From a virus: a stretch of DNA of 64,000 nucleotides. Under the pieces are notes generated by a model that was not told the origin of the DNA, searched no databases, and saw nothing but the letters and a program-made list of their open reading frames with translations. This document shows, piece by piece, positions 38,401 through 47,488 of the stretch. A program made the position numbers and the translations under genes. Position 1 is the first letter of the stretch; every line of letters starts with the position of its first letter. The DNA lies in the IMG/VR virus record IMGVR_UViG_3300042518_001688, positions 19,409 to 83,408 of that record; one strand, 5' to 3'.

Positions 38401-38925
38401 AGAAATGAAAGTGATGGCACGATAATCAAATTAGGTAATTATCAAAATACATTATTTTTACTACCAACCACAGCACCTACAACGCCAGCTACAGCTAGAG
38501 GCTTATTTACGGATACGGCGGATGGATTATTAAAAGTTAGAGATGCAAGTAACGGAACAATTAGGACTTTAGCATCCCTGGAAAGAACACAAGCATTTAC
38601 TCAAGCACAATATGTTACACCCGTTATTAATAATACTGCCACTGGATCATTAATATTAGATGGGAGTGCCAGCAATGTCTTCATACTAACCCTAACTGGA
38701 AATCTTACTTTGAGCATGAATAATATACAAGTTGGTGCGAGCTATGTTATTTACCTAATCGAAGATGCAACAGGTGGTAGAACTGTAACTTTAAATTCGA
38801 TTTTCAAAAGAATAACTGGAGATACAACTACTATTAATACAGCAGCAAACAAAGTTAATATGTTGACTGGGATAGCAAGATCATCTAGTGCGATTACGTT
38901 AGCTCCTATAGCAGTTGAGGTTTAA
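35467..38925 (+). CDS. Tail fibre protein with collagen-like repeats
   Basis: GATGQTGATGATGATGATGANG, duplicated Thr-rich modules, C-terminal fibre domain. Confidence 0.8.
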   Translation: MAKVTYANGRQQLPFNNSKVVVSTGGTSTQARSLYFAIQGQNPAGKNLLSSVVGPIAIASGQQVTITIDTNCRLAGEWWTDFVISANTTNDVTTFVQVAKIPGNLTLPQTVVLNSDEDFKLSNIVATPSNLPAAADVLHGALRGITSLDAVYEYDAFSTKTANGINVLTATTGRWLLKGVSFSSYVASVTGIGGCAQDVNDLAPDEVILPTYAVDGTVGTTQKFWLVNDSTANEPAGRRVGVTVLVNDEPKTTLFNNLIKVIFRGYADTELGTLRTTDTLSNPLYLLDQEVGVKARKSNLILSDPLAPDEAMVLEFYPKFSASDLNKLIPRGSVIALFPFFYDQAGEYTEAGAPLGNLIYNRGDYRLLVPGVGLLAKALPGGGMVEFISFLDTPESVVAGFANNKNNQIVAVNGNGVVLQLTVPSPNQAAVDAAIGMGLASTLRSLGIMDETEDVRAIIGTANGEGFATAWSGNFANTGNQVFTISSAYPCNADGNGTIRSDYPDTRLRGRTGYFNPGEVVIYVKRVSNGEIRKFTGSVVTIGTSQSFSIPNWSTGTVTTVAVPSDDSFGLYAPGTPTATITTGTSDYAAGNYQFAIAFKYTNVITSISHSEYDGCLLTLDDIDMAKLVLRSRDSTRILAGEGVPSPSLDIDGSFYLDKLNNDFYGPKTSGVWGTPVSLVGTPGYNAYTATTASFSIPNIGNTVTISVARSDWMVVGQLIYIETAGSFTITAKPSSTSATIQNNGYQGNAAATTTITTAKGVSPSGAVGLTGAPGGYTTTTSSFVQPSANSNVTVAVVDSTWMSSGLTIYIENGGYYSVISKPNATSVIVANLGYSENASPGTTIATTKTVSSSGVRGATGQTGATGATGATGATGANGTNGVSSYTYIAYAEDTNGTGFTNTFSSTKDFIAVKTTTSPIASPIASDFTGLWKNYKGATGAPGSITAASEVTLTEVNVDATTAIDQIKIFNKLGELLARNESDGTIIKLGNYQNTLFLLPTTAPTTPATARGLFTDTADGLLKVRDASNGTIRTLASLERTQAFTQAQYVTPVINNTATGSLILDGSASNVFILTLTGNLTLSMNNIQVGASYVIYLIEDATGGRTVTLNSIFKRITGDTTTINTAANKVNMLTGIARSSSAITLAPIAVEV

Positions 38926-38927
38926 TT

Positions 38928-40199
38928 ATGTTTACATTCCCGGTTGGTTTCTTTAATTTCGTAGCATCAGGTGGTGGTGCTACAGATCCTTTTGCAGCTA
39001 ATGTAGTTTTATTCTTGAAAGGTGATGGAACTAATGGCAGTACAAATATTGTTGATAGTTCGCCAAGTCCAAAAACTATTTCGGTTTTTGGTAATGCTCA
39101 AATATCTACAGCGCAAAGTAAATATGGTGGGAGTAGTATTTATCTTAACGGTTCTAGTTGGCTAGAAATAGCGCATGATAGTAGTTTGAATTTCTTCGCG
39201 TCTGATTTCACAATAGAGCTTTGGGTGAGGGTTGCAAATAATAATCAATCTGTAATTATAGAGAAAAGAAGCACTGGTTTTACCACAGGTGATTGGATTT
39301 TTTGGCAAAGAGATGTAGCTTCTTATGATATTGATAATGTTGGCAACGGTATACTAACTGCAACGCCACCAACTATTGACTTATGGGTACATTTTGTATT
39401 GCAACGTAGAGATAATCTGTATTCAAAATACATAGATGGAACTTTAGTAGTATCAGGTAATTTCACTCAAACAATACAGAACAGCACACAACCCATTACT
39501 ATAGGTAGAGATAGAGTAGGTGGAGGTAGATTTTACTTAACTGGGTATATAGATTCGTTAAGAATAACATCTGCGGCTAGATACACGACTAATTTTAATC
39601 CTGAAACAGATACTTATTTAGATATCCAAGATCCGATTAGCAATCTCCAGCTTTTATTAGATGGAGAGCAAGCTAGTATTGTTGATAGTAGTGGCAAAAA
39701 TCGAACCGTAAATAACTTGGGTTCTGGTGTCACATTAGATAGTTCTATAAAATATGCCGGGAATAAGTCTTTAAGATTTAATGGATCTAGCTTTTTGGAT
39801 TGCACAGGATCTTATCTTGATTTTGGATTGTCTGATTATGAGATAGATTTTCAGCTTTATCTTGATAATGGTGCAGCGACTTATCAGATATTAGATATGC
39901 GCCCGCCTTCAACGACGGGTATGTACATGGATTTGTACTGTCAAAATAGAACTTTAGTTTTTGATGAAAATGGTGTAGGAGTAATTACTTCCGGTTCGAT
40001 TTTGTTAGATGCAACTTGGACAAACATCAATATAAAAAGAGTTTCCTCTGTAGTTACCTTAAAAGTGAATAATATAACTATAGGTAGTGTTAACAGTATT
40101 ACTTACGCAAATTCGGCCAGATTGCTAATAGGTGGTAATGCTTTTGTATCTACAGTAAGTCCGGTAGGAAATATTGACGACTTCTCTATTAAATTTTAA
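38928..40199 (+). CDS. Double LamG/ConA-like domain tail-associated protein
   Basis: DFTIELWV, WVHFVLQR, GYIDSLRIT; second repeat GNIDDFSI. Confidence 0.85.
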   Translation: MFTFPVGFFNFVASGGGATDPFAANVVLFLKGDGTNGSTNIVDSSPSPKTISVFGNAQISTAQSKYGGSSIYLNGSSWLEIAHDSSLNFFASDFTIELWVRVANNNQSVIIEKRSTGFTTGDWIFWQRDVASYDIDNVGNGILTATPPTIDLWVHFVLQRRDNLYSKYIDGTLVVSGNFTQTIQNSTQPITIGRDRVGGGRFYLTGYIDSLRITSAARYTTNFNPETDTYLDIQDPISNLQLLLDGEQASIVDSSGKNRTVNNLGSGVTLDSSIKYAGNKSLRFNGSSFLDCTGSYLDFGLSDYEIDFQLYLDNGAATYQILDMRPPSTTGMYMDLYCQNRTLVFDENGVGVITSGSILLDATWTNINIKRVSSVVTLKVNNITIGSVNSITYANSARLLIGGNAFVSTVSPVGNIDDFSIKF

Positions 40200-40244
40200 T
40201 TATGCGATCGCATAATTCACATTGCAGGAGCTACAGCTTGACAC

Positions 40245-42329
40245 ATGAACGAATACAACCAAGAACAAATAGCAACCGAAATAGCTGAATTGTTGAACAG
40301 CGATCGCTTCCTAGATGCACTAATAGGTAAAACAGGTGGCGCACAATCCGGCGGTTCACTTGTTGTTAAAAGTAATGGGAGACAAATTAGTGCGATCGCT
40401 GTGGGTGAAGTTCCTCCAGGTGATTGTGTTGCCTTGAAGGACACAAAAACTGGTCAATGGTATGCGGTTTCTAGTTACGGTGAAGGGAAAAGTGATGAGT
40501 ATTTGATTAGGTATAGGAGATGGAGACAACCAGAAGATGACCTCTATCCGGTAATTGTCTCTTATTTAATGACTGAGACAGTAGAGGGAAATAAAGATAA
40601 TTTTGATTGGGTAGGCGGCAACAAACCAAGTAGAAAAGTATTAAACATAAGAGTACCAGATCAAATACCTGAAAATGAGTTATTCCCAATTAGGTATGTA
40701 GTCAATCTAGGAAGAAAATATACTTTGTATGGCACAAACAGAAGAGATGATAATTACTCAAGATTTGATTGGGATAGCGAAGACAAGCCTTATACTCAAG
40801 TTATTTTTGTTGAAAATAATGAAAAAATAGAACTAATTTTTAACGAGTGGGATAATCATTTTACGGGCGATATGTATTTAGGACATGGTGTAGCTGCTAC
40901 ATCTTTGTTACGTAATCCCGTAGAAGAAACTTCTGAGATATTTATTGATTCAGATATTACTTATAATTTTGCAAATATAGATCCAATTGTTAGTTTTGAA
41001 TTTGAAAGAAAAACTTTTACATTTCAATCTATTATTTTAAATAAGGGTGTGCCGGAAACTTACAATATAATTTTTAAGATTGTTGGTAAAAATAGTTCTC
41101 AACAATCAGAAGGAAAAGGGTATTATTTTATTTCAGAAGATTATAATTTTAGGCTACAACAATTTACTATAAATGGTGGAATGGGAGAAGTTGAGTTTAC
41201 TAATAGTTTAGGTAGTTATAAATATACAAAAAAAATAACAGGCATAGATCAAGATTTAACTCCCAACCCAAGTTATCCACTCTTACAAGGTTATTATCTT
41301 TATCCAAGTAACAATTTAATGACTATAGAGGAGTTGATCGATTCCAATTTAAAAATATATATCAATAAAGATGGTTATTTTAAGCAGATACAAAAATATA
41401 AAATAACACAACAAATTGTAGCTCCTGCTGGTGGCATTTTTTCTCCCCCAGAAGAACAAGTAAAAGTACCTTTTAGGTTTAATGCTGATATAACAGAGGA
41501 TAGAATAATTTTTGTTAAAAAGGATGATACTATTATTGATTTTGATTCTTCAGATTTTTTCTGCTATAAAAGTGCTAATTCATTTCAAGGTAAGGGTTTA
41601 GGCACTCATACATTAATCATTAACCCTTGTTATGTTATAGGCGTAAGAAATACTTTAAACATGGCTTACCTGATTGGTAAAAAAGTTTTAATAGGTAAGA
41701 CAGAAACAGTAGATAATAAAGCAAAATATTACAGAATGAGGGGAGTAATAAATGCTGTTGATGTCATCAAGATTCTGTCTGATGAGCATAACGATGTTAC
41801 ACACTTTGAATTAAGAATTAATTACACAATTACAGAAGTCAAAAAAGTTTTAAATGATTATTTTTATAATTTTATGACAGAGGGATCAATTTATAGCTTT
41901 ATTTGTGGTGCAGGAGGGTTGGGATACTCTTATGGCTTTACTCCTCAAACAGCTTTTAATTTATATTATGTTCCTAACGGATTTCCTGTACAATATTCTG
42001 TTTTATTCAAGCAAAACCTTGGAGTTTATAATTTTAGTTACTTGAATCCTGCAAATCAACCTTGGAAAGGTACTTCATATTTGTATAACGGGAAAAGGAT
42101 ATACTCAGCATTTCCCTATACTTTTCATAATTATAACTATGCAAACGGTAAGTTTTATGGAGTTCTTGGTTTTAACCAACAGAAGGGAGAAGCATACATT
42201 GATACATGGAAAAGGAAAAATAATGGTGAAGTTGTTTGGGATAAAATAATAGAAGTTCCCTTTTATAAACTTAAACTCAATAAAGATGAGGTGGTTAGGC
42301 TGCAATCCTATAGTTACTACCCTATTTAA
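40245..42329 (+). CDS. Putative tail-associated/receptor-binding protein
   Basis: 694 aa, aromatic-rich, AT-rich C-terminal region, in tail cluster. Confidence 0.45.
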   Translation: MNEYNQEQIATEIAELLNSDRFLDALIGKTGGAQSGGSLVVKSNGRQISAIAVGEVPPGDCVALKDTKTGQWYAVSSYGEGKSDEYLIRYRRWRQPEDDLYPVIVSYLMTETVEGNKDNFDWVGGNKPSRKVLNIRVPDQIPENELFPIRYVVNLGRKYTLYGTNRRDDNYSRFDWDSEDKPYTQVIFVENNEKIELIFNEWDNHFTGDMYLGHGVAATSLLRNPVEETSEIFIDSDITYNFANIDPIVSFEFERKTFTFQSIILNKGVPETYNIIFKIVGKNSSQQSEGKGYYFISEDYNFRLQQFTINGGMGEVEFTNSLGSYKYTKKITGIDQDLTPNPSYPLLQGYYLYPSNNLMTIEELIDSNLKIYINKDGYFKQIQKYKITQQIVAPAGGIFSPPEEQVKVPFRFNADITEDRIIFVKKDDTIIDFDSSDFFCYKSANSFQGKGLGTHTLIINPCYVIGVRNTLNMAYLIGKKVLIGKTETVDNKAKYYRMRGVINAVDVIKILSDEHNDVTHFELRINYTITEVKKVLNDYFYNFMTEGSIYSFICGAGGLGYSYGFTPQTAFNLYYVPNGFPVQYSVLFKQNLGVYNFSYLNPANQPWKGTSYLYNGKRIYSAFPYTFHNYNYANGKFYGVLGFNQQKGEAYIDTWKRKNNGEVVWDKIIEVPFYKLKLNKDEVVRLQSYSYYPI

Positions 42330-42364
42330 TAATTGTTTAAAAGCGATCGCCCAACCATAAAAAT

Positions 42365-45300
42365 ATGAAATCCTCTACTCCACTTTTATCCAAATTTGAT
42401 TCCGTCTTTTCTCAATTTGCAAAAGATGATAATTCTCCATTGGATAAATTAGAAAATGAATTTGTCCAACGCATGATTACCCTTGTTCAAGCGGAAAGTA
42501 ATTCATTAATCAAATCTTTAAGGGGGGCAACATCAGAGGAAGATATAGATAAAGCCAAGTGGAATTTAATCCCCAGGATGCAACAATTATTGTGGTATCT
42601 ATGGCGCGATGGTTGGGCATTGGGTAAGGATACTGCTGTTAGAGAATTAGCCCTTGCCAAATTCACCACAAACAATGAACTAGCCGAGTTTGCTTCTGAT
42701 TCAGATAGTACGGGAAGCAGGCGATCGCTCCGCAATAAAACCCGAATCTCTAGCATAAAAACACCATTGGAGGATTCACGGGTTAAGAAAGCGATTGAAG
42801 ATAGAACTTTGGAATTATCTAACGATTACAGCGAAAGCACCAACAAGGAAATTAAAGATGCTTTTCGGGAGTTTAATAATAGCAAGGATAAGAAGGATGC
42901 AAGGGCTAAATTAGAGGAACGGATTGCAAGGGCGATCGGTGCTAATAATGAACAGAGCAACAAGCGAGTTCGAGATACTGCGGCTAGGGCAAAGGTTATT
43001 GCTAGGACTGAATTAACCGGTGCATACAACACAGCTAGGGTAGATTCATTTGCTGCTGCTGGTGTGAAAAGATTCCTATGGGTTGCCAACATAGTTCCAG
43101 GAAGAACTTGTAACCCCTGCTTGGAACGAAATGGGGTAATTTACACACTGGAAGAAATAAGGACTAATTTTCCTCCTTTACACCCCCACTGTAGGTGTAC
43201 CCTTAAACCCTTGCAAGAGGATGACGACAGGGTTAAAAACCAGAAGAAAGGTATTAAGGATGCGATCGCTCCTATAGCTGCTGGGTGGTTATTTGGTAAA
43301 GCCGCAGAGAAAGTTAGTGCAGCAGCGATGGCGGAAATAGATAAAATCCCTGACAAAGAGGAAAAGAAAAATGATATTGGCACTAAGTTGTTTATCGGCA
43401 TTAGTGCTGCATTAGGATTGGCTGGTATTTACTATTTAGTTACCAGAAACCCAACTGTTAAACAAGCCACACAAAGAGCAACCAAGGAAACTGTAGAAGA
43501 GCTTGGCGATCAGGTAGAAGCTTATCGTCAGAGGAAACAAGCCCAAGAGGGATTAACAGAAGATAAACAACCATCGGCATTAGGACAAGGGGCTGTTACA
43601 GCCGCATCTTTACCTCCATCGGTTCAGCAAAATTTACCTTCAGAGTTGGTTAATTCTAATGCCGACATTCGGAATATATCACCCCAGGAAATTAGTCGGT
43701 TAACTGGAATGTCGATCAGAGATGCAACTAGATTGAGATTGCAACTTGATGAGGAGTTAGCTAAAAATCCTGTCAAGCCTGAAAAGACTGTTGACAAGAT
43801 GAACAATAAGCAATTGAAAGCACTGGGTTTAACAAATAAACAAATTAATCAATTAAGGAGAATGAAGCGACAAGGACAATCTTTTGCTACCATTGATGAC
43901 TTGAAGAAAATCAAGGGGGTGAGCGATCGCAAGATTCAAGAGATAAAACGCAGGGTAGAAGAAGAAAGAGATCCTTCTTTAGTCTTGGGTGGCAAAAAGA
44001 TTGAGGAATTATCAACCAAAGAATTAAAAGAGTATTTGCGATTAAGCCAAAATCAAGCTGTAGCTGTTAGGGAATATTTGAGGAAAAACCGAATTACTAA
44101 AATTGAGGATTTAAGAAATGTCCCAGGTATAGGTAAAGAGACTGTGGCTAGGGCTGCTTATGGGGTGATGAGAACTACCCCCCGTGCTAATATCAATAAC
44201 TTTGGAAACGAGGGTGGAGTAAGTAACGTAAACCTACTTTCGGAACGGACTGGAATAAGTAGAAACCTTGCTCAGATAATTGCGGATGAAAGACAACAAA
44301 ATGGAAACTTTGCTGATATGGATGATTTTAGAAAACGAGTGAACAAGCGACTAAAAGATAGTGGTAGCAAGGTAAGGCTGGGTAAGTCAGTGATTAAAAA
44401 GATTAATGATAATGTGACGTTCCTGCCTAGTGGTGAGGAGGAAAAACCACTTATCATCCCTCCTAAAATAAACCCATCAAAACCACTACCCCAAAAACAG
44501 ACACGAATGGGTGATCCGAGAACACCGCAGGTAGAACCAGAGAGAATGGTAGCACCATCACCTCAGAAAAAAGTATTACCAGGATCTACAAGAATCAAAG
44601 GAAGACGGGTATCTCCAGAGGAACGAGTAAATGCAGCCAAACTGGAAGACGAAAGACAGTACAGGGAATTAGCCAAAGAAGTAGAGGCGTATCACCTCAT
44701 CCCTGGTACGAAAGGGAAAATCAGAGGACAAGTTAAACGACGGATTAGTGAGAATACAGCGATCGCTAGACAACAAGAAAATGCCTATGTAGCTGCGAAC
44801 AGTAGCGCGAATAGAGCTACTAGAGTTATAGATAGCCTTGAGGAAGATGTTAAGGCTCTAGAGGATGCTTACAGATCGGGTAACACTGAAAAAATAGGAG
44901 ATGCTAAAGAAGCGTATTTGAATCAAATAAAAAGGGTCGAAAGCCGATTAGATGAAATTACAGTACCATCATCTGATGATATAGATGCGGCTATTGAACA
45001 AACCAAAGTGGCGCGGAGTGCTGCTGAAAGATCAATCGCTAGTAACGCTCAACGCAATACCAGAAGAAAAGCTATTGAGGCTAGAATGAAAGCATCAAGG
45101 GCTGATACTTCTGAGTTAGAAAATGAGTTGCAACGTAATTACACATTAGAAAGGATAGATGACCAGATTGATAGTCTCGATAGGTTGTCAGCGAGTCTAC
45201 AGAATGATCCAAATAACGTCCGTGCAACTATTCAAAGAAATAAAGCAAGGTTGCAAGAATTAAAGGAGAGAGTAGCTAATGCTTCTGCTTTAGAAACTCC

Positions 45301-45694
45301 AACGGTAAAACCACAACCACAGCCCAGTAGATTTACATTGTTGCAACAAGAAATTAATGATATCGAGAGGCAGATACCCTTTGCTGAGTCCAAGCTAAAC
45401 GTTACTAACAGGGAGAAGGAAAAAAATGTAAATAGATTAGCTGGTATTGAAATAAGAATCAGGTCTAATGATGCTGGTCCTAATGCAGAAGTATTGAAAA
45501 AAGAAAAGGCAAAACTAGAGCGCGAGATTAGTAGATTAACAGCACAAGCGCGATCGCTATCTAGTGAATTAAGAGGATTGAAGTCTCAGTTATCTACTCT
45601 CAAGAAGCGAAGGAAAAGCAATAAGGATAACAGAGGATTTTCAAGAGGTGGAAAATTAGCAATGTTCGTATCGAACTTGAGAAATGGAATATGA
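42365..45694 (+). CDS. Minor head (Mu gpF / SPP1 gp7-like) protein fused to helix-hairpin-helix repeats and coiled coil
   Basis: VIARTELTGAYN, RTCNPC, PPLHPHCRC; DDLKKIKGVS, EDLRNVPGIG, GISRNLAQII..RQQNGNF. Confidence 0.85.
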   Translation: MKSSTPLLSKFDSVFSQFAKDDNSPLDKLENEFVQRMITLVQAESNSLIKSLRGATSEEDIDKAKWNLIPRMQQLLWYLWRDGWALGKDTAVRELALAKFTTNNELAEFASDSDSTGSRRSLRNKTRISSIKTPLEDSRVKKAIEDRTLELSNDYSESTNKEIKDAFREFNNSKDKKDARAKLEERIARAIGANNEQSNKRVRDTAARAKVIARTELTGAYNTARVDSFAAAGVKRFLWVANIVPGRTCNPCLERNGVIYTLEEIRTNFPPLHPHCRCTLKPLQEDDDRVKNQKKGIKDAIAPIAAGWLFGKAAEKVSAAAMAEIDKIPDKEEKKNDIGTKLFIGISAALGLAGIYYLVTRNPTVKQATQRATKETVEELGDQVEAYRQRKQAQEGLTEDKQPSALGQGAVTAASLPPSVQQNLPSELVNSNADIRNISPQEISRLTGMSIRDATRLRLQLDEELAKNPVKPEKTVDKMNNKQLKALGLTNKQINQLRRMKRQGQSFATIDDLKKIKGVSDRKIQEIKRRVEEERDPSLVLGGKKIEELSTKELKEYLRLSQNQAVAVREYLRKNRITKIEDLRNVPGIGKETVARAAYGVMRTTPRANINNFGNEGGVSNVNLLSERTGISRNLAQIIADERQQNGNFADMDDFRKRVNKRLKDSGSKVRLGKSVIKKINDNVTFLPSGEEEKPLIIPPKINPSKPLPQKQTRMGDPRTPQVEPERMVAPSPQKKVLPGSTRIKGRRVSPEERVNAAKLEDERQYRELAKEVEAYHLIPGTKGKIRGQVKRRISENTAIARQQENAYVAANSSANRATRVIDSLEEDVKALEDAYRSGNTEKIGDAKEAYLNQIKRVESRLDEITVPSSDDIDAAIEQTKVARSAAERSIASNAQRNTRRKAIEARMKASRADTSELENELQRNYTLERIDDQIDSLDRLSASLQNDPNNVRATIQRNKARLQELKERVANASALETPTVKPQPQPSRFTLLQQEINDIERQIPFAESKLNVTNREKEKNVNRLAGIEIRIRSNDAGPNAEVLKKEKAKLEREISRLTAQARSLSSELRGLKSQLSTLKKRRKSNKDNRGFSRGGKLAMFVSNLRNGI

Positions 45695-45963
45695 TTATTG
45701 AAAAGTTTGGACAAAAAATAGAGGTTGATCTTGGCTCAACTACTGGGTGTCCAGGAGCAGAACCAAACCCACCGGATATCAAAACTTGGATTCGTATAGG
45801 GGAGGGGAAATGGATAAAAGTAGACTCTGAAGAATATCCCACCTCTTTTAAATTAGAATTATTCATCAAGTCAATGGTTCAACCTGCGGAACTAAAGATG
45901 CTGATGGACAAAATGCAGGAGTGGGATAAAACCGATAATGGAGGATGGGACGATGATTATTAG
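45691..45963 (+). CDS. Hypothetical protein
   Basis: ATGA overlap. Confidence 0.5.
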   Translation: MIIEKFGQKIEVDLGSTTGCPGAEPNPPDIKTWIRIGEGKWIKVDSEEYPTSFKLELFIKSMVQPAELKMLMDKMQEWDKTDNGGWDDDY

Positions 45964-46035
45964 CTTGATTTTGTGATTTGGTTGTTAGTGCCAATTACTC
46001 CAAAGACTACGACATAAACCCACGCACCTTTGGTA

Positions 46036-46072
46036 GTGCGATCGCTTTTCTTAATGATAGGCGATCGCTGTT
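46036..46072. repeat. 37-bp direct repeat with two HIP1, copy 1 (pair 46439-46475)
   Basis: GTGCGATCGCTTTTCTTAATGATAGGCGATCGCTGTT. Confidence 0.9.
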
Positions 46073-46091
46073 GGTGGGCGATCGCATTTAA

Positions 46092-46430
46092 TTAAGCGGT
46101 TATCCAGTTATCATCATTGGTGACAATTACTTCGTTGTAATAACCCCGCACAAGGCAATCTCTTATTTCTATCTTGAATTGAGTATTAACTGGCAACCAT
46201 TTAACTAACAACCCTTCTGTGTCACCACTGAAGTCATAAATCCCCATCCCAGTTAGCAGATTGTGAACTGCCTCGTATTTTGTATATTCATTGCTTTCTA
46301 CTAAGTTAACTAATTCAGGGAGAAAAAGTAATTGCAAGTTTTTGTGTGCGGTATACCAACCTTCTATATCAAAACTCTTGGCTAAGACAACGCCAACTTT
46401 ACCATCTTTTATTAGTTTTCTGATTTCCAT
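46092..46430 (-). CDS. Hypothetical protein flanked by HIP1 repeats
   Basis: MEIRKLIKDGKVGV...WLPVNTQFKI pattern. Confidence 0.6.
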   Translation of the reverse strand: MEIRKLIKDGKVGVVLAKSFDIEGWYTAHKNLQLLFLPELVNLVESNEYTKYEAVHNLLTGMGIYDFSGDTEGLLVKWLPVNTQFKIEIRDCLVRGYYNEVIVTNDDNWITA

Positions 46431-46438
46431 TTGTTTTT

Positions 46439-46475
46439 GTGCGATCGCTTTTCTTAATGATAGGCGATCGCTGTT
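46439..46475. repeat. 37-bp direct repeat copy 2
   Basis: Identical to 46036-46072. Confidence 0.9.
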
Positions 46476-46477
46476 AT

Positions 46478-47320
46478 TTACCAAATTACATCAATCACAG
46501 ATGGATGCCACTGCAAAGATTGAACGGTTTTATTGTGTCCTTTAGCAGTATCTAAGACAAGTTCGGAGTATTGCTTACCTTCCTCTGTTGGCAACCACGA
46601 AGGATTACCAGTAGCGTTTTTGATCTGCAATCCCTTGTCTGCTAATAATTTATTCACTTTCTGAGCAGATAGCTTGATGCCAGCTTTAGCTTCGTATAGT
46701 TCCGCTAATTTCCCAGGTCTTACAAGATTCTCCTCAACGGGAATACTTAACAGCTTTTTAGCTTCTTCCATCGCGGGTGCAAGTTCAGGACGAATCTTAG
46801 AAAAATGATTAGCTTTAACACCAGCAATTAATCTGCTGTCTATTCCCGTAGGTGCTAAAACTAAATCAATAGCAATAGCATCTGCTTGTAGATCAAAGGA
46901 GTTATTTTGTCCTTGGCTTGTTTGCTCTGTTGGTTTGGTTTCTTGCCTTTTCCATCCCAATTGTTGCTGCAACCAAGACCGGACACCAATACCAGTAAAA
47001 GCAGTGTCAACGAGTTCAGCTTGCTTCTTGCAGTATCTACCAGCTTTGTATGCGTAATATTTGGCTATGACTGCGATCGCTAAATCAGGTATTCCTGTCT
47101 GTGACCACAAGATTTGTTCCGCATACTGAAACCCATTCTCCATAAGGAACTCAGCTAGTTTAGAGGGATTTTGTTCCGCACCCTCAAAAGTTACTCTTAA
47201 TGCCTTTTCGTCAACATCTATTAATCTGGCGGTAGCGCGAACCGACGCTCTACCTTTTCCTGTTGCATCAACAGAAATTTCATTTTTGATCTGGTTAACG
47301 ATTAATGCTAAATTAGTCAT
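46478..47320 (-). CDS. Phage antirepressor-like protein, paralogue B
   Basis: Collinear and highly similar to 34005-34850. Confidence 0.7.
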   Translation of the reverse strand: MTNLALIVNQIKNEISVDATGKGRASVRATARLIDVDEKALRVTFEGAEQNPSKLAEFLMENGFQYAEQILWSQTGIPDLAIAVIAKYYAYKAGRYCKKQAELVDTAFTGIGVRSWLQQQLGWKRQETKPTEQTSQGQNNSFDLQADAIAIDLVLAPTGIDSRLIAGVKANHFSKIRPELAPAMEEAKKLLSIPVEENLVRPGKLAELYEAKAGIKLSAQKVNKLLADKGLQIKNATGNPSWLPTEEGKQYSELVLDTAKGHNKTVQSLQWHPSVIDVIW

Positions 47321-47413
47321 AACAAAGTAACCCGCTCCTACGGGTGAAATGCCGCCAGCGATAAAACCGTTCTGAGTGTTGATACCACTCTTTGCGGTGC
47401 TGGTTTTAAATAT
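47321..47413 (-). ncRNA. Structured 5' leader (candidate cis-regulatory RNA), copy B
   Basis: Stems covary with copy A; TGGTATAAT -10 just upstream. Confidence 0.55.
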
Positions 47414-47488
47414 TATACCACACCAAATATCAAATATTCGATCCGAACAGGGAAAAACAGGAGTTGAGAATCACTATTTGAAACCCCT

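Noticed and set aside
35467-42329. Diversity-generating retroelement or invertible tail-fibre cassette
   Set aside because: No reverse transcriptase, TR/VR pair or invertase seen
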